A stretch of 63,401 nucleotides of DNA, the filler included, from Octopus bimaculoides (Eukaryota), in NCBI RefSeq assembly GCF_001194135.2. It is 12 parts of 9 records of this genome, joined end to end, with 100 filler letters (N's around TTAATTAATTAA, not from the genome) between each part and the next. Parts side by side here need not be neighbours in the genome. Positions count along the whole stretch, not along the records: positions 9,852 to 13,081 come from NC_068982.1; positions 13,182 to 19,889 come from NC_068996.1; positions 19,990 to 29,582 come from NC_068982.1; 9 more parts are not named here. One strand, given 5' to 3'. A model generated the notes under the pieces. It was not told the DNA's origin, did no database searches, and saw only the letters and a list, made by a program, of their open reading frames with translations. A program made the translations under genes and the position numbers. Shown here piece after piece: positions 10,735 to 26,426 of the stretch (position 1 is its first letter; each line of letters starts with the position of its first letter).

Positions 10735-11268
10735 GTTCTCGTGGCTTCTGATCTTAATTGATTGGGAGTGTTATCATGTACATTGTTTTGTCTTGGTATA
10801 AAAGAGGCGCTACAGCAAATATTCTGCTTAATACCACAGATTTGCTTGTGAGTTGTTTGACCTTAGCCAGTTGAGCATGTCCCTTGGGGGCTGACGGTAT
10901 ATGCATCTCTGATCATGAGCAGAAGTAGTAGGGGAGCATCATAGCCATGTGTTGAGAGGAATTCTTTGGGGTTTGAATAATTCACCTTTGGAAACATGGG
11001 TGTTTTGTTTAACATCCTTAAATAAACCTTATTCAAGGACGTTTTGAGCGAGATGAGCTACTCGACCTGAAGCAAATTCTAACTGGGCCCTACCTGTGAG
11101 GTCATGCGCTGTTTATCTTGATATGAGATCACCATGTCACGTGCATATGGTTGTGATGCATGTGCCTGGTGTACCCTTATCAGACGGGTAGTCATGATGG
11201 GTATAATGGGCTTCATATATTTTACACGAATGTCACTTTGATGGCATGCACTGCTCTCTCACTCCATC
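10734..11268 (+). mobile_element. ORF-less ~535-bp insertion bounded by (TAA)n arrays on both sides; putative Dong-mobilised non-autonomous element
   Basis: Complex non-coding block between TAA arrays 10681-10733 and 11269-11319. The mobilisation mechanism is inference. Confidence 0.55.
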
Positions 11269-11326
<58 letters not shown>

Positions 11327-11339
11327 TCTACTATATTCA

Positions 11340-11519
11340 CAATTTGGGAGAGGGAATAGTCGATTACATTGACCTCAGTACACAGCTGGTACTTATTTTA
11401 TCGACCCGAAAAGGATGAAAGATAAAGTCGACCACAGCGGAATTTGAACTCAGAATGTAGCGACGAGTGAATGAAATACCGCTAAGATTTCGCTCGGCGT
11501 GCTATCGATTCTGCCAGCC
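11340..11519 (-). mobile_element. SINE family B
   Basis: CTGGTACTTATTTTATCGACCCGAAAGGATGAAAG..AAAGTCGACC..GCGGAATTTGAACTCAGAA...ATTCTGCCAGC. Confidence 0.9.
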
Positions 11520-11572
<53 letters not shown>

Positions 11573-11574
<2 letters not shown>

Positions 11575-12262
11575 GTTGATGATAAGGACCACTTAATCTG
11601 TCGATGTAAAGTTTTAGTACGCGTAGAGTTTAAATCAAGATGTGACAGAGTTGACCAGTATCTACTTAGTATGTCACCATTATGAAATCAAAACTGTTGA
11701 CAAGTGGTATAAGCATCACCCTGAGGCTGTAAATGAAGGAGAAAAATGTAACGATTCCTTGGGATTTTCCAGTTCAGAACTATAAAAACGAATAAACCGG
11801 ATATTGTTGTAAGAAACAAAATAATAAAGTCTCTTTATTGATCGACATGAATATCCGTTGTGCTCATAATATCACGACCAAAGAATTTGACAAACTCAAG
11901 AAATATAAAGATTTGCTCATTGAAATCGGAAAACGTACGGCAACTCAAGGCGGTTATAAAACTAGTCATTGTAGGAATTATCAAAAAAGGAACTGAAAAT
12001 TTGATAGTGAGCCTTGGCTTACCACCACTACAAGAATTACAAAAGATTGTTTTAACTGATACGTCACACGTATCAAGACGAGCATAGTCGCTGTGAGAAC
12101 GATTACCATCCATGTAAATATTTTCTCGTTAACTTTATTTGATTTTGTAAATGAACAATCTGTTGTGTTTATTTTATTTTAATGGCCTACAAGTATATAC
12201 GGTGAGTTTCTGTTCCCTAGGTGTGGGGCTGACATTCGGTAAGACATGTGAACAAAACTGAA
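11573..12262 (+). mobile_element. Second Dong/R4-type family: 5'-truncated endonuclease region and 3' UTR ending in (GAA)n
   Basis: TVDDKDHLICRCKVL, CHHYEIKTVDKWYKHHPEAVNEGEK, WDFPVQ, NKPDIVVRNK, LLIDM, KEFDKLKKYKDLLIEI; (GAA)n at 12263-12368. Confidence 0.8.
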
Positions 12263-12368
12263 AGAAGAAGAAGAAGAAGAAGAAGAAGAAGAAGAAGAAG
12301 AAGAAGAAGAAGAAGAAGAAGAAGAAGAAGAAGAAGAAGAAGAAGAAGAAGAAGAAGAAGAAGAAGAA

Positions 12369-13081
12369 GCGTACTTTAAACTTGTTACACAAAAAGTACG
12401 AAGAGCTACACGTGCAAAAGAATCTGACAACAGAAATTAACGGACCGATACCCTACGAAAATGATGACCGTCAAAATAAAGGGGCGGACGTTGTTCCTCA
12501 TGTCCCGCAAATAAAACCAAAACGGCATAAATGGACACGCGAGGAATATATTTCAATCCTACACGCTTACTTTACAGCAGTGCTCTACCCAAAGAACGAA
12601 AACTCAACAACACATACATATAAAATATGGAAGAAAAATAACCTAAATAAAGACTTGGATACAACAATGAAACCTAATAAACTAGCTAACATACAAAGAT
12701 ATATTCTCAAAGCCAAAAAAATATCAGAAATAGAAATAGAACAATTGAAAGGGAAAATACATCAGGAAAATGTAGATGGTAGCCACACAACAATGCCAAA
12801 TAATAATATAAACACTGAGATAGTAAAACACGAAGACAAACGTAAATTTCCACCAAAAACGAAGTAAACAAAAAACAACAAACCCAGACCGTAGAGATGT
12901 ATAATAATGTACAAAAAGCACCAATCCAGAACACCACAGACAAACATATGAATGAAACGGAAGGCGAAACAAATCTAAAACCTGGGAATAACGAAGGGAA
13001 ACCTAATGATTATGATACTATAAAAATGAGAATAATCAAAGAACTGAAAACCACAGATCTCAGAATGGACCACAGATTATA
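12369..13081 (+). mobile_element. 5' region (N-terminal domain) of a Dong/R4-type LINE ORF
   Basis: KRHKWTREEYISILHAYF...KLANIQRYILKAKKISEIEIEQLK resembles the R-x-KWT / Q-x-R-x-I N-terminus of R4/Dong ORFs; one internal stop; runs into a gap. Confidence 0.65.
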
Positions 13082-13200
13082 NNNNNNNNNNNNNNNNNNN
13101 NNNNNNNNNNNNNNNNNNNNNNNNNTTAATTAATTAANNNNNNNNNNNNNNNNNNNNNNNNNNNNNNNNNNNNNNNNNNNNATATATATGTATGCATATA

Positions 13201-13610
13201 TAGGCGCAGGAGTGGCTGTGAAGTGGTTGCGTAGTAAGTAGCTTGCTTATGAACCACATGGTTCTGGGTTCAGTCCCACTGCGTGGCAACTTGGGCAAGT
13301 GTCTTCTACTATAGTCTCGGGCCGACCAAAGCCTTGTGTGTGGATTTAGTAGACGGAAACTGAAAGAAGCGCGTCGTATATATATATATGTGTGTGTGTG
13401 TGTTTGTGTGTCTGTGTTTGTCCCCCAACATCTCTTGACAACCGATGCTTGTGTGTTAACGTTCCCGTAACTTAGCAGTTCGGCAAAAGAGACCAATAGA
13501 ATAAGTACTAGGCTTACAAAGAATAAGTCCTGGGGTCAATTTGCTTGATTAAATGCGGTGCTCCAGCATGGCCGCAGTCAAATGACTGAAACAAGTAAAA
13601 GAGTAAAAGT
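13201..13610 (+). mobile_element. SINE family A, full length
   Basis: TAGGCGCAGGAGTGGCTGTG head through CAGTCAAATGACTGAAACAAGTAAAAGAGTAAAAG tail. Confidence 0.93.
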
Positions 13611-14840
13611 GTATATATATATATATATAAAACACATGAAAATCATTAATAGAGCATGTTACGTAAAAGCGGATATGGGCATGTCATATGATAAACGCTA
13701 AATATAAAACAATCTTCGTGTTTCGTGTTCGATTTACACACACGACATTCATGAAGCATTATAATAAAAAGAAGAAAAAAAGATAATGGAAGACAAATAT
13801 AAGATATCACTTTAATCTCAGTAAATTATTTAATCATGTGAAGAGGTGGTACAATTCACTTATTTAAGCAGTCATTCACAGAGTATATCTATCTATCAAG
13901 CGTTTTGTTGATTCGGTATGAACTTGGTTTCAAATGTTACTATCAACACGTCTCTATGAGATACGGAGTTACCAAGCTGAATGGAGAGCAACCATGTGAA
14001 AATAAGCATTGATTTAGAACATCGATACAAAGTGAGGATTTCGTCTGAAAACAAAATAAATAAATGAAAAAATATTTTTAAGAATTGGGTTAAATTAAAA
14101 ATTGCGATTAGTGGATGTGGATTAGATTTCCGATATCACCAATATTTTTTGTTGAGTGGGGGCACTTCTCTTGATTTGCAGTACACCAATGAATAGCACT
14201 TAGGTTATATGCAATGAATGCATTTTTTGTGTAGTAGTCAGGCAAGCCTCAGGAATAATGTGTGATGTATGTCCGAATTAAAATGTTGCCTTCAACATGA
14301 ACAAAACTGAAATTCATTTCAAATTTCAGAACTCAATGAACTTCAAATTTAGGTCGTATATTTAAGATGACCCCAAAATTTGGCAAGTGTCTCATTAACT
14401 ATTAGTGTCATATAGTATGTCGTTCATATTGTGATTCCAGAATATCTCACGTTATCTTCTTACACTGTAATTCTATAACGCATCCATATGTTTTTACCTT
14501 TGTGTATAGTAGATCATTATATTACACTTTACTGAATGAGGTCTTTTAAGTGATTAAGTTATCAACGAATCTTAGAAAAAGTAGTTAATAGAAGGGTAAG
14601 GGAAAAAAATCTACAACATAGCACAAAAAGATCTGACAACGTTAAATTCTAGAAATTCTGATGATATGCATATAGAAGCTCATTTTCCTTCAAGACAAAT
14701 AATTGGTGGAATTACTGCGAATTGCTACTTAAGGAGAGAGAATTACTTCTAAGTTTATTTTTCTTATGTTGAAAAATCATTATCAAGGAGTGAAAAGTGC
14801 ATACATAAATTTATGTATAATTGTTTTATTAAAGTCTCTA

Positions 14841-14894
14841 GTATTGGTGGATAGTACCATTTCGTCCTCTATCTGTACTCTTCAGCACGACATA
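14841..14894 (-). ncRNA. Degenerate type I hammerhead ribozyme motif
   Basis: Minus strand UAUGUCGUG CUGAAGA GUAC-AGAUAGA-GGAC GAAA UGG-UA-CUA UC CACCAAUAC. The core is intact; stems I and II carry mismatches. Confidence 0.55.
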
Positions 14895-15525
14895 ACTCGA
14901 GATATTTTTAAATTAGTTAATCTAAATTAATTTTAAAAATGAAAAACGTTTTACTTTACATCAGAGTAAATTAACCAACCTGTTTCTTATCTTATCATAT
15001 TATTCCCTGCAGCGTTTTCATAAATACTAGTTGCTCCAATATGTATAAAAAATTTAGCTGATGACCTAAGTAAACTACATTTAAGAATAGCCCTTCTCAT
15101 ACTACAATCAAAACTATGCAAATTACAATTATTTGAAGAGATTATATGCACTAGAATTAATAATTTTTTGTAGCCATCACAGCTAAGACAATTCACGAAG
15201 ATATTTTTTTCATAAGTTTTATTTTTGAGAAAAATTGCTGGCAATAATTTTGAAGGCGTTACTCCAGCATGACTAAAACAAACTAAAAGATAAGGACCTG
15301 GATAATTATTGTTGCTAGTTGTCGGGTATATTACTTGTTAGTAAAAACTGAGGTTTCGGGCGTGATCCTATGGCAAGACTCACTTGCTGACCGACTCATT
15401 TATGAGTAGCAGTCTGTCTGGTGGACTTACATTTATGAGTGGTAGATTTGGGTTTTTGCTACTATAGCAGAATCCACACTGTTGCAAACATTCGGGTCAT
15501 CTACCCGTCTGAAAATAATTTCTTT

Positions 15526-19890
<4,365 letters not shown>

Positions 19891-19989
19891 NNNNNNNNNN
19901 NNNNNNNNNNNNNNNNNNNNNNNNNNNNNNNNNTTAATTAATTAANNNNNNNNNNNNNNNNNNNNNNNNNNNNNNNNNNNNNNNNNNNN

Positions 19990-21714
19990 TGAGTTCAATC
20001 TGGAGCTGAGTGTAATTTTTGTGCCTTCCGAAAAGAACAGGGCAGACGTCCTAACCAGGGTAAAGCGAGCTTGGTTGCAGGTGCCAGAGGATGCGGAGCA
20101 GGCTGTGGCTGCAGTATGCTGTCTGGGTGACTCGGAGTTGACGAGACTGCATACCATGCATCACATGGGAGTGGACAGGATGTTGTTCCTCGCCAGGAAA
20201 GTTGACTCTGAGGTAACGAGGCGGAGCGTGTAGAGAGTGGTTAGCAGCTGTGACAGGTGCCAGTCTAATGACCCTGCTCCGGGCGTACATGAGGCGGGAA
20301 GTATTCCAGTGGCCCACAACTGGAAACGACTGGCAGTGGACGTAACACACTACCGGCAGGGGACGTACCTCTCAATGGTTGACTGCGGACCGGAGCGGAT
20401 GGCCATATGGAGGGAGATGAAGACGGGGACTGCAGAGGAAATCGCAGGAGTGTTAAATGGGATATTCCTGGAACGAGGCCCCGTGGATGAGCTGCTGCTG
20501 GATAATGGCACTGCATTTCACTCAGAGGTGCTGAAAGAAATGCTTGATGGGTGGCAGGTCNNNNNNNNNNNNNNNNNNNNNNNNNNNNNNNNNNNNNNNN
20601 NNNNNNNNNNNNNNNNNNNNNNNNNNNNNNNNNNNNNNNNNNNNNNNNNNNNNNNNNNNNNNNNNNNNNNNNNNNNNNNNNNNNNNNNNNNNNNNNNNNN
20701 NNNNNNNNNNNNNNNNNNNNNNNNNNNNNNNNNNNNNNNNNNNNNNNNNNNNNNNNNNNNNNNNNNNNNNNNNNNNNNNNNNNNNNNNNNNNNNNNNNNN
20801 NNNNNNNNNNNNNNNNNNNNNNNNNNNNNNNNNNNNNNNNNNNNNNNNNNNNNNNNNNNNNNNNNNNNNNNNNNNNNNNNNNNNNNNNNNNNNNNNNNNN
20901 NNNNNNNNNNNNNNNNNNNNNNNNNNNNNNNNNNNNNNNNNNNNNNNNNNNNNNNNNNNNNNNNNNNNNNNNNNNNNNNNNNNNNNNNNNNNNNNNNNNN
21001 NNNNNNNNNNNNNNNNNNNNNNNNNNNNNNNNNNNNNNNNNNNNNNNNNNNNNNNNNNNNNNNNNNNNNNNNNNNNNAAAACCCCCAAATGCACAGTGCA
21101 CATCACAATGGGGGAAAGGAACTATAACCTCCATCAATTCAAAGAACAACGTCTCAGTCGATGGTATGCCACGCCATGTTTTGGATGTGCGGAAGATTGT
21201 CAGTGCTTCAGAGGATGGAACCAGCTGCAGTGGGCAGGATGATGAAGACAGCAGCAGTAGGCAAGATGATGAAGGCAGCGTGCCAGGAACTCAGGCCAGT
21301 CCCGGGGTCGCACAGCGACCACAGAGGGAGCGGTACCCTCCTCCCTGGTTGGCTGATTATGAAACCAATTAAGGTAGTTCGGGAGCAAGGAGTGAGTGGG
21401 AGACCCAGTTGAATGATCTATAGATCAGAGGGGCGTGTGGTGTTATGGGCTGCGATGAGCTGTGTGTTGTGGTGGAGAGGGGTGAGGCAAACAGAGGTGA
21501 AGCCAGACCGGAAGGGCCAGACTGAAAGGGTCAGATCGGAAGTCGGCGACACGCGGTCGAAGGCTAGCACATGGGGCCAGTGAGAAAACAGCGACGTTAC
21601 GAGAAAGACGTGTTCTGATTAGGAGCGATCATGTACCCCGCTGCGGTCAGCAAGGTAAGGTCCAACGCTTCTGTCCTTTTGCTTCTTGTTGTCTTCTTCC
21701 TCCATCTCACCACA
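19990..21714 (+). mobile_element. Gypsy/Ty3 LTR retrotransposon 3' end: integrase, PPT and 3' LTR
   Basis: HTMHHMGVDR...CDRCQS (HHCC zinc finger), WKRLAVDVTH and LLLDNGTAF (two catalytic Asp); one stop at 20231; central N gap. Confidence 0.9.
21436..21714 (+). repeat. 3' LTR (279 bp) with 7-bp terminal inverted repeats
   Basis: Begins TGTGGTG and ends CACCACA; preceded by the purine tract AGAGGGGCG (21427-21435). Confidence 0.85.
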
Positions 21715-21959
21715 AATCCTATACTAATTTTTCTTCACATTATAAAAATAAAGCTTAAATTTTATGTGTCTTCTAAATAGTATTATTATATATATCAGCT
21801 AAAATTTTTAAATAATTTTTTTAAATAATTCAAAATAATTTTCATGAACCCAATATACTTAATATCCTTAGACTTTACACCTTATCTATAGCCTCTTACT
21901 TCATGCTTTTTATTTTTATTAGCATACCTCTTATTGTTAAAATATTGGTTAAACTAATA

Positions 21960-23600
21960 TTGATATCTGCAAAACAATACTGATACTCTATTCAGTCTAA
22001 AGAAAAAGCCCTGTTTGACCTATATACCTAGGGTTTAATTCCTCAACATTTTGATAGTAGTAAAAAAAACCCAACCTATAAGAGTGTTGCCACTCTGACC
22101 AGAGAATCCTTTATAACCATATCTTTTATAGCCTTGTCCATGCATAATGCTTACACCTTCCCTTTCCTTAGAAGTGATTGTCGTCATACTATTACTATTA
22201 GATAAGAGACAATAAAATCAGAGACAGTTTAGAATTTTTGCCTAGAACCAATTACTAGCCTGATAGACTTGGCTATGTCAAGATGGATTTTTATGTATTC
22301 TTCCTCCCACTTGGATTTGAAATGTTGCCACAATTATAATATGTCTATTNNNNNNNNNNNNNNNNNNNNNNNNNNNNNNNNNNNNNNNNNNNNNNNNNNN
22401 NNNNNNNNNNNNNNNNNNNNNNNNNNNNNNNNNNNNNNNNNNNNNNNNNNNNNNNNNNNNNNNNNNNNNNNNNNNNNNNNNNNNNNNNNNNNNNNNNNNN
22501 NNNNNNNNNNNNNNNNNNNNNNNNNNNNNNNNNNNNNNNNNNNNNNNNNNNNNNNNNNNNNNNNNNNNNNNNNNNNNNNNNNNNNNNNNNNNNNNNNTAT
22601 ATATATAAAATATTTCATTTTATCTTTTATCTTCAGCAGAGCTGAGAAAAGAGTTAGAACTTGATTCATCAACACTGATAGATATTCAGCGTTCTTTTTG
22701 TCTGCTGCAGGAAATTGTGAGTATTTCATTCTAAATAAGTCGATTTCTTTATGTTTATGAAAAATATTGTTAGTTGATCCATTTTCTACCTTTAATTGTG
22801 ACAATGCCCCAAAAATCTGGAAACCAGTAATTTAATTACAGGTATTTTCTTTTGTGATTATTTTTTTCAATGTCATGTTAACCTCTTACAATGTTTTAGA
22901 TCTAGAAGCAACAAATATTATAGAGTTAGAAAATGGTGGTGGCAGTGGCAATAGTAGAGCATACCACATACAACCCCATTTGAGCAGAATAATGATCGAA
23001 GATGTCTTTTATCTGGTGTACTGTATCTTTGGCCTTTCTTTTTAAGTCCATGTGGCCTTCCTCTTTTAACTCAACAATATCATTTAAAGGAAATTTTGCT
23101 ACTATTTCTAACAAGTTAAGTAACTTTATAGAGGTTTTCTTAGCCCTTTGATTCAGAAGATTGTATAATTTTGATTTATGCAACAATACTGTTTCATCTA
23201 TTTTGTCTCCATAATTTCTATGACATCTCTTTCACCGTCAACACAACAACTAGTACTTTTCTCTTATCAGCATTGATAATAAAGCAAAATTGAAATGCTA
23301 TATTTTAGATAATTCAGAGGAACTCCTTACTTCTGTCCATTGTGTCCACATAAATTTTACTATTATCTGCAAAAATAAGACTTGTGATTTATCAAGTCTG
23401 ATCAAATGGTATAGCTTGTCTCTTCTTAACCACTTTTCCCCCTTGTGTTTTTTACCAATGGACAATTTCCTTTCAACTCTGTCAGTTCTTGTTTTTTTTT
23501 TCCATGAGTTCATGGGTAAGGATATTTTGATTAGTTTCTCCAGGACCAGGCCTTTTTCATCAAATTTTGTGTACATTCAATTTTTGTGGCTGGAAATATG
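21960..23600 (-). mobile_element. Highly decayed AT-rich coding-like region, possibly an old LINE RT
   Basis: Broken minus-strand ORFs; LIFADNSKIY near 23370 resembles an RT (Y/F)ADD motif. Weak. Confidence 0.3.
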
Positions 23601-23859
23601 TCAGTAGAGAGAGAGTGAAGAGAAAGCTGGAAGAAACAAGCTGGCCAATACAAAAGCAAGATTAATCAAAGGGATAGTAGGTGTTCTCCAGGATCATAAC
23701 ACATTCATAGCACCACCAAAAACTCAATAACAACTGAAATGAAAATCACAAACACAACCACAGCCACATTCAGGAAAAAAAGAGTAAAAGGAAAACAGAA
23801 AAGATCAACTGCAACAGTAAAGCACACAAGATGAACCTTCTTATATCAACTTCACACTT

Positions 23860-26400
23860 GTTTGAAAGAACAACTGATGTGACATATCTGTTATCAAATG
23901 ATCTTTGAAACCTTCTTTCCAGGTGCTGAATACCATCTCTCCTTCTGTGTTCCCTTCCATGTCCCTTTCCCAGTTTTCAGAGTTGGCACTGTCAGTGTAG
24001 GTACATTGAAAGGTAGGTCTAGTGAGATTATTGAGATGCTTGAACGAAGAGGTAAGGTGAAGAGGAGCTTCAGCCAGGTTCCTCACAGGCAAGACATATA
24101 GGTATACAATCTTCTGGGAAGATAACAGCAATGGGATAGGTAGTGTCGGCATACTTCTTGCAGAGAAATGGGTGGATAAGGTCATAGAGGTAGTCAGAGT
24201 GTGCGATAGAGTACTTAAACTCAGGCTAGTCTTGCAGAATAGTATAGCAACAATTGTCTCTACCTATGCCCCACAAGCAGGCCTACCAAATGAACAGAAG
24301 GACCACTTTTATGATATTTTATGATATTTTCTTCTGCAGGCTATCTCAAAGATGAGTGACTGAAGAGTTCAATGCGCATGTCGGACAGCAGCTTGGTATC
24401 TTCCATGGTGTACATGGGGGCCATGAAGTTGATTTCTAAAATGAAGAGAGAACAAGATTGCTGGAGTTCTGTGATGCAGATAACCTATTGATCTGCAACA
24501 CCAATTTCAGGAAGCCAGCTGAATAACCTACCAGTCAGGTGGATGTGCTAGCCAGATCGATTACATTCTCACCAGACAGCAGGATGCATGGTTGCTCTTA
24601 ACTGCAAAGACCCTCCCTAGTGAAGAATGTATCCCCCCGGCATAGACTAGTTAATAGTGACTTTAAAGTCCAGGCCAGAAGGTTGCCAAAAAGCAGACCA
24701 ATCTGGAAAAGAAGAATTTGGAAACTTAAGGACCTTTCATATGGTTAGAGATTTAGGGACATCCTAATTGCAAAATTTGATGAGAGGGAGAAGGAACTAC
24801 AGACTTGTGACATAGAGGGCAACTGGGAATTCCTGCGGGACGGCATACAGAATGCCAGAGACTGCAGCTATGGCTGGTACAAAGTCCCACCTAGACCTCA
24901 AGTAATGTGGTGGTGGAACAACGCTGTAGACACAGCCGTTAGAGCAAAGAAACAGGCCTGGAAGAGTGGAGGTAGCAGGGAACTGTATGAGATAACCAGA
25001 AGGAAAGCTAGGAGACATGCATATCTAGCCAAGGGAGAAGCAGACAAGAAGTTTGCTTATGTTCAGTGACATAAGGACGAAAGACTTAAAGTCTTTCAGA
25101 TTGCAAGACAGTGTGTGAGAGAGAATTGTGATATCATAGGAGAGAAATGTGTCTGCATGGACAATGGTACACTTGCATTTAATGATTCTGCAAAGAAAAA
25201 GGCTTGGAAATGCCATTATGAAAGACTGCTGAATATGAAGAATGAATGGGAGCAGGAGAGTCTGCCAAATGTTGACCTAGTTGAGGGACCAGCTTCCTGA
25301 ATCAACAGTTCTTGGTAGATAAAGCAAGTAAAGGAAAGCCCCCAGCCCATCAGGAATCACTGCTGAGATGCTTAAAATATCTGGCCGTGTGGGTTTTGGT
25401 CTAGTAACCTATATTGTAAATCAGGTGGTTCACGAAGGAGTCATACCCAATGACAGACGTAGCAGCACCATAGTCAACTGCTACAAAGGTAAAGATAATG
25501 CCTTAGATATAAATGATTACAGAGGTATCAAATTGTTGGATCAGGCGAAGAAAGTTATAGAGAGCACCATAGCCCAACTAATTAGGGAGAGAGTTATTCT
25601 GGATGTGATGCAATTTTGTTTTGTGCCAGAGAGAAGCACTACTGATGCTATATTTCTGGTGAGGCAGCTGCAGGAGAAATACTTAGCCAAAGATAAACTT
25701 CTGTACTTGACCTTTGTTGACTTGGAGAAATGTCTTTGACAGGGTCCCTTGATCCCTTATCTGGTGGTCAATGCAGAAACTAGGGATAGATGAGTAGTTT
25801 GTGAGAGCTGTACAAGCTACGTGCAGGGATGCTACTAGGTAGCTGAGAGTTGGTAATGAGTACAGCAAAGAATTCAGGGTATAAATAGGGGTTCATGAGG
25901 GATCAATCTTCAGCACCCTCTTGTTCATCATAGTCCTCCAGGCAATAACAGAGGAATGTAAGACAGACTGCTCCTGGGAGCTCCTCTATGCTTATGACCT
26001 TGTTCTTGTAACTGAATTACTACCAGAACTAGAGAAGTTTCAGGCACGGAAGCAAGGTCTAGAATTGAAGTGCCTTAAAGTTAACCAAGCAAAAACCAAA
26101 GTCTTAGTAAGTAAGAAGGCAGACAAATCACAAATCCTTTCAGGTAGATGGCCCTGCTTGATCTGTAGAAAAGGTGTAGGTAAAAACTCCACAAGATACA
26201 CCCAGTGTAAGCTTTGCCCACATAAAAGGTGCAAGAATGTCCGAAGAAGGTTAACCGATAAAATCACTTTGGGGTGTGGAAGATGTATAGGTGGTATTAG
26301 GAAGGGCATCCAGCTGTAGAAAACCATGCCAAGTCATACCAGTCCAGTCAAACCATCCAACTCATGCCAGCATGGACAACAGACGTTAAATGATGATGAT
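23860..26400 (+). mobile_element. Degenerate near-full-length RTE-clade LINE (APE endonuclease + RT) joined to the (GAT)n 3' tail
   Basis: FRVGTVSVGTLKGRSSEIIEMLERR, GILLAEKWVDKVIEV, TYAPQAGL, YRGIKLLDQ, STTDAIFLVRQLQEKY, FVDLEK, ELLYAYDLVL; tail GGAAGGGCATCCAGCTGTAGAAA...GACGTTAAATGATGATG. The distal RT and UTR are deleted. Confidence 0.92.
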
Positions 26401-26426
26401 GATATATATATACATTTAAATGAATG

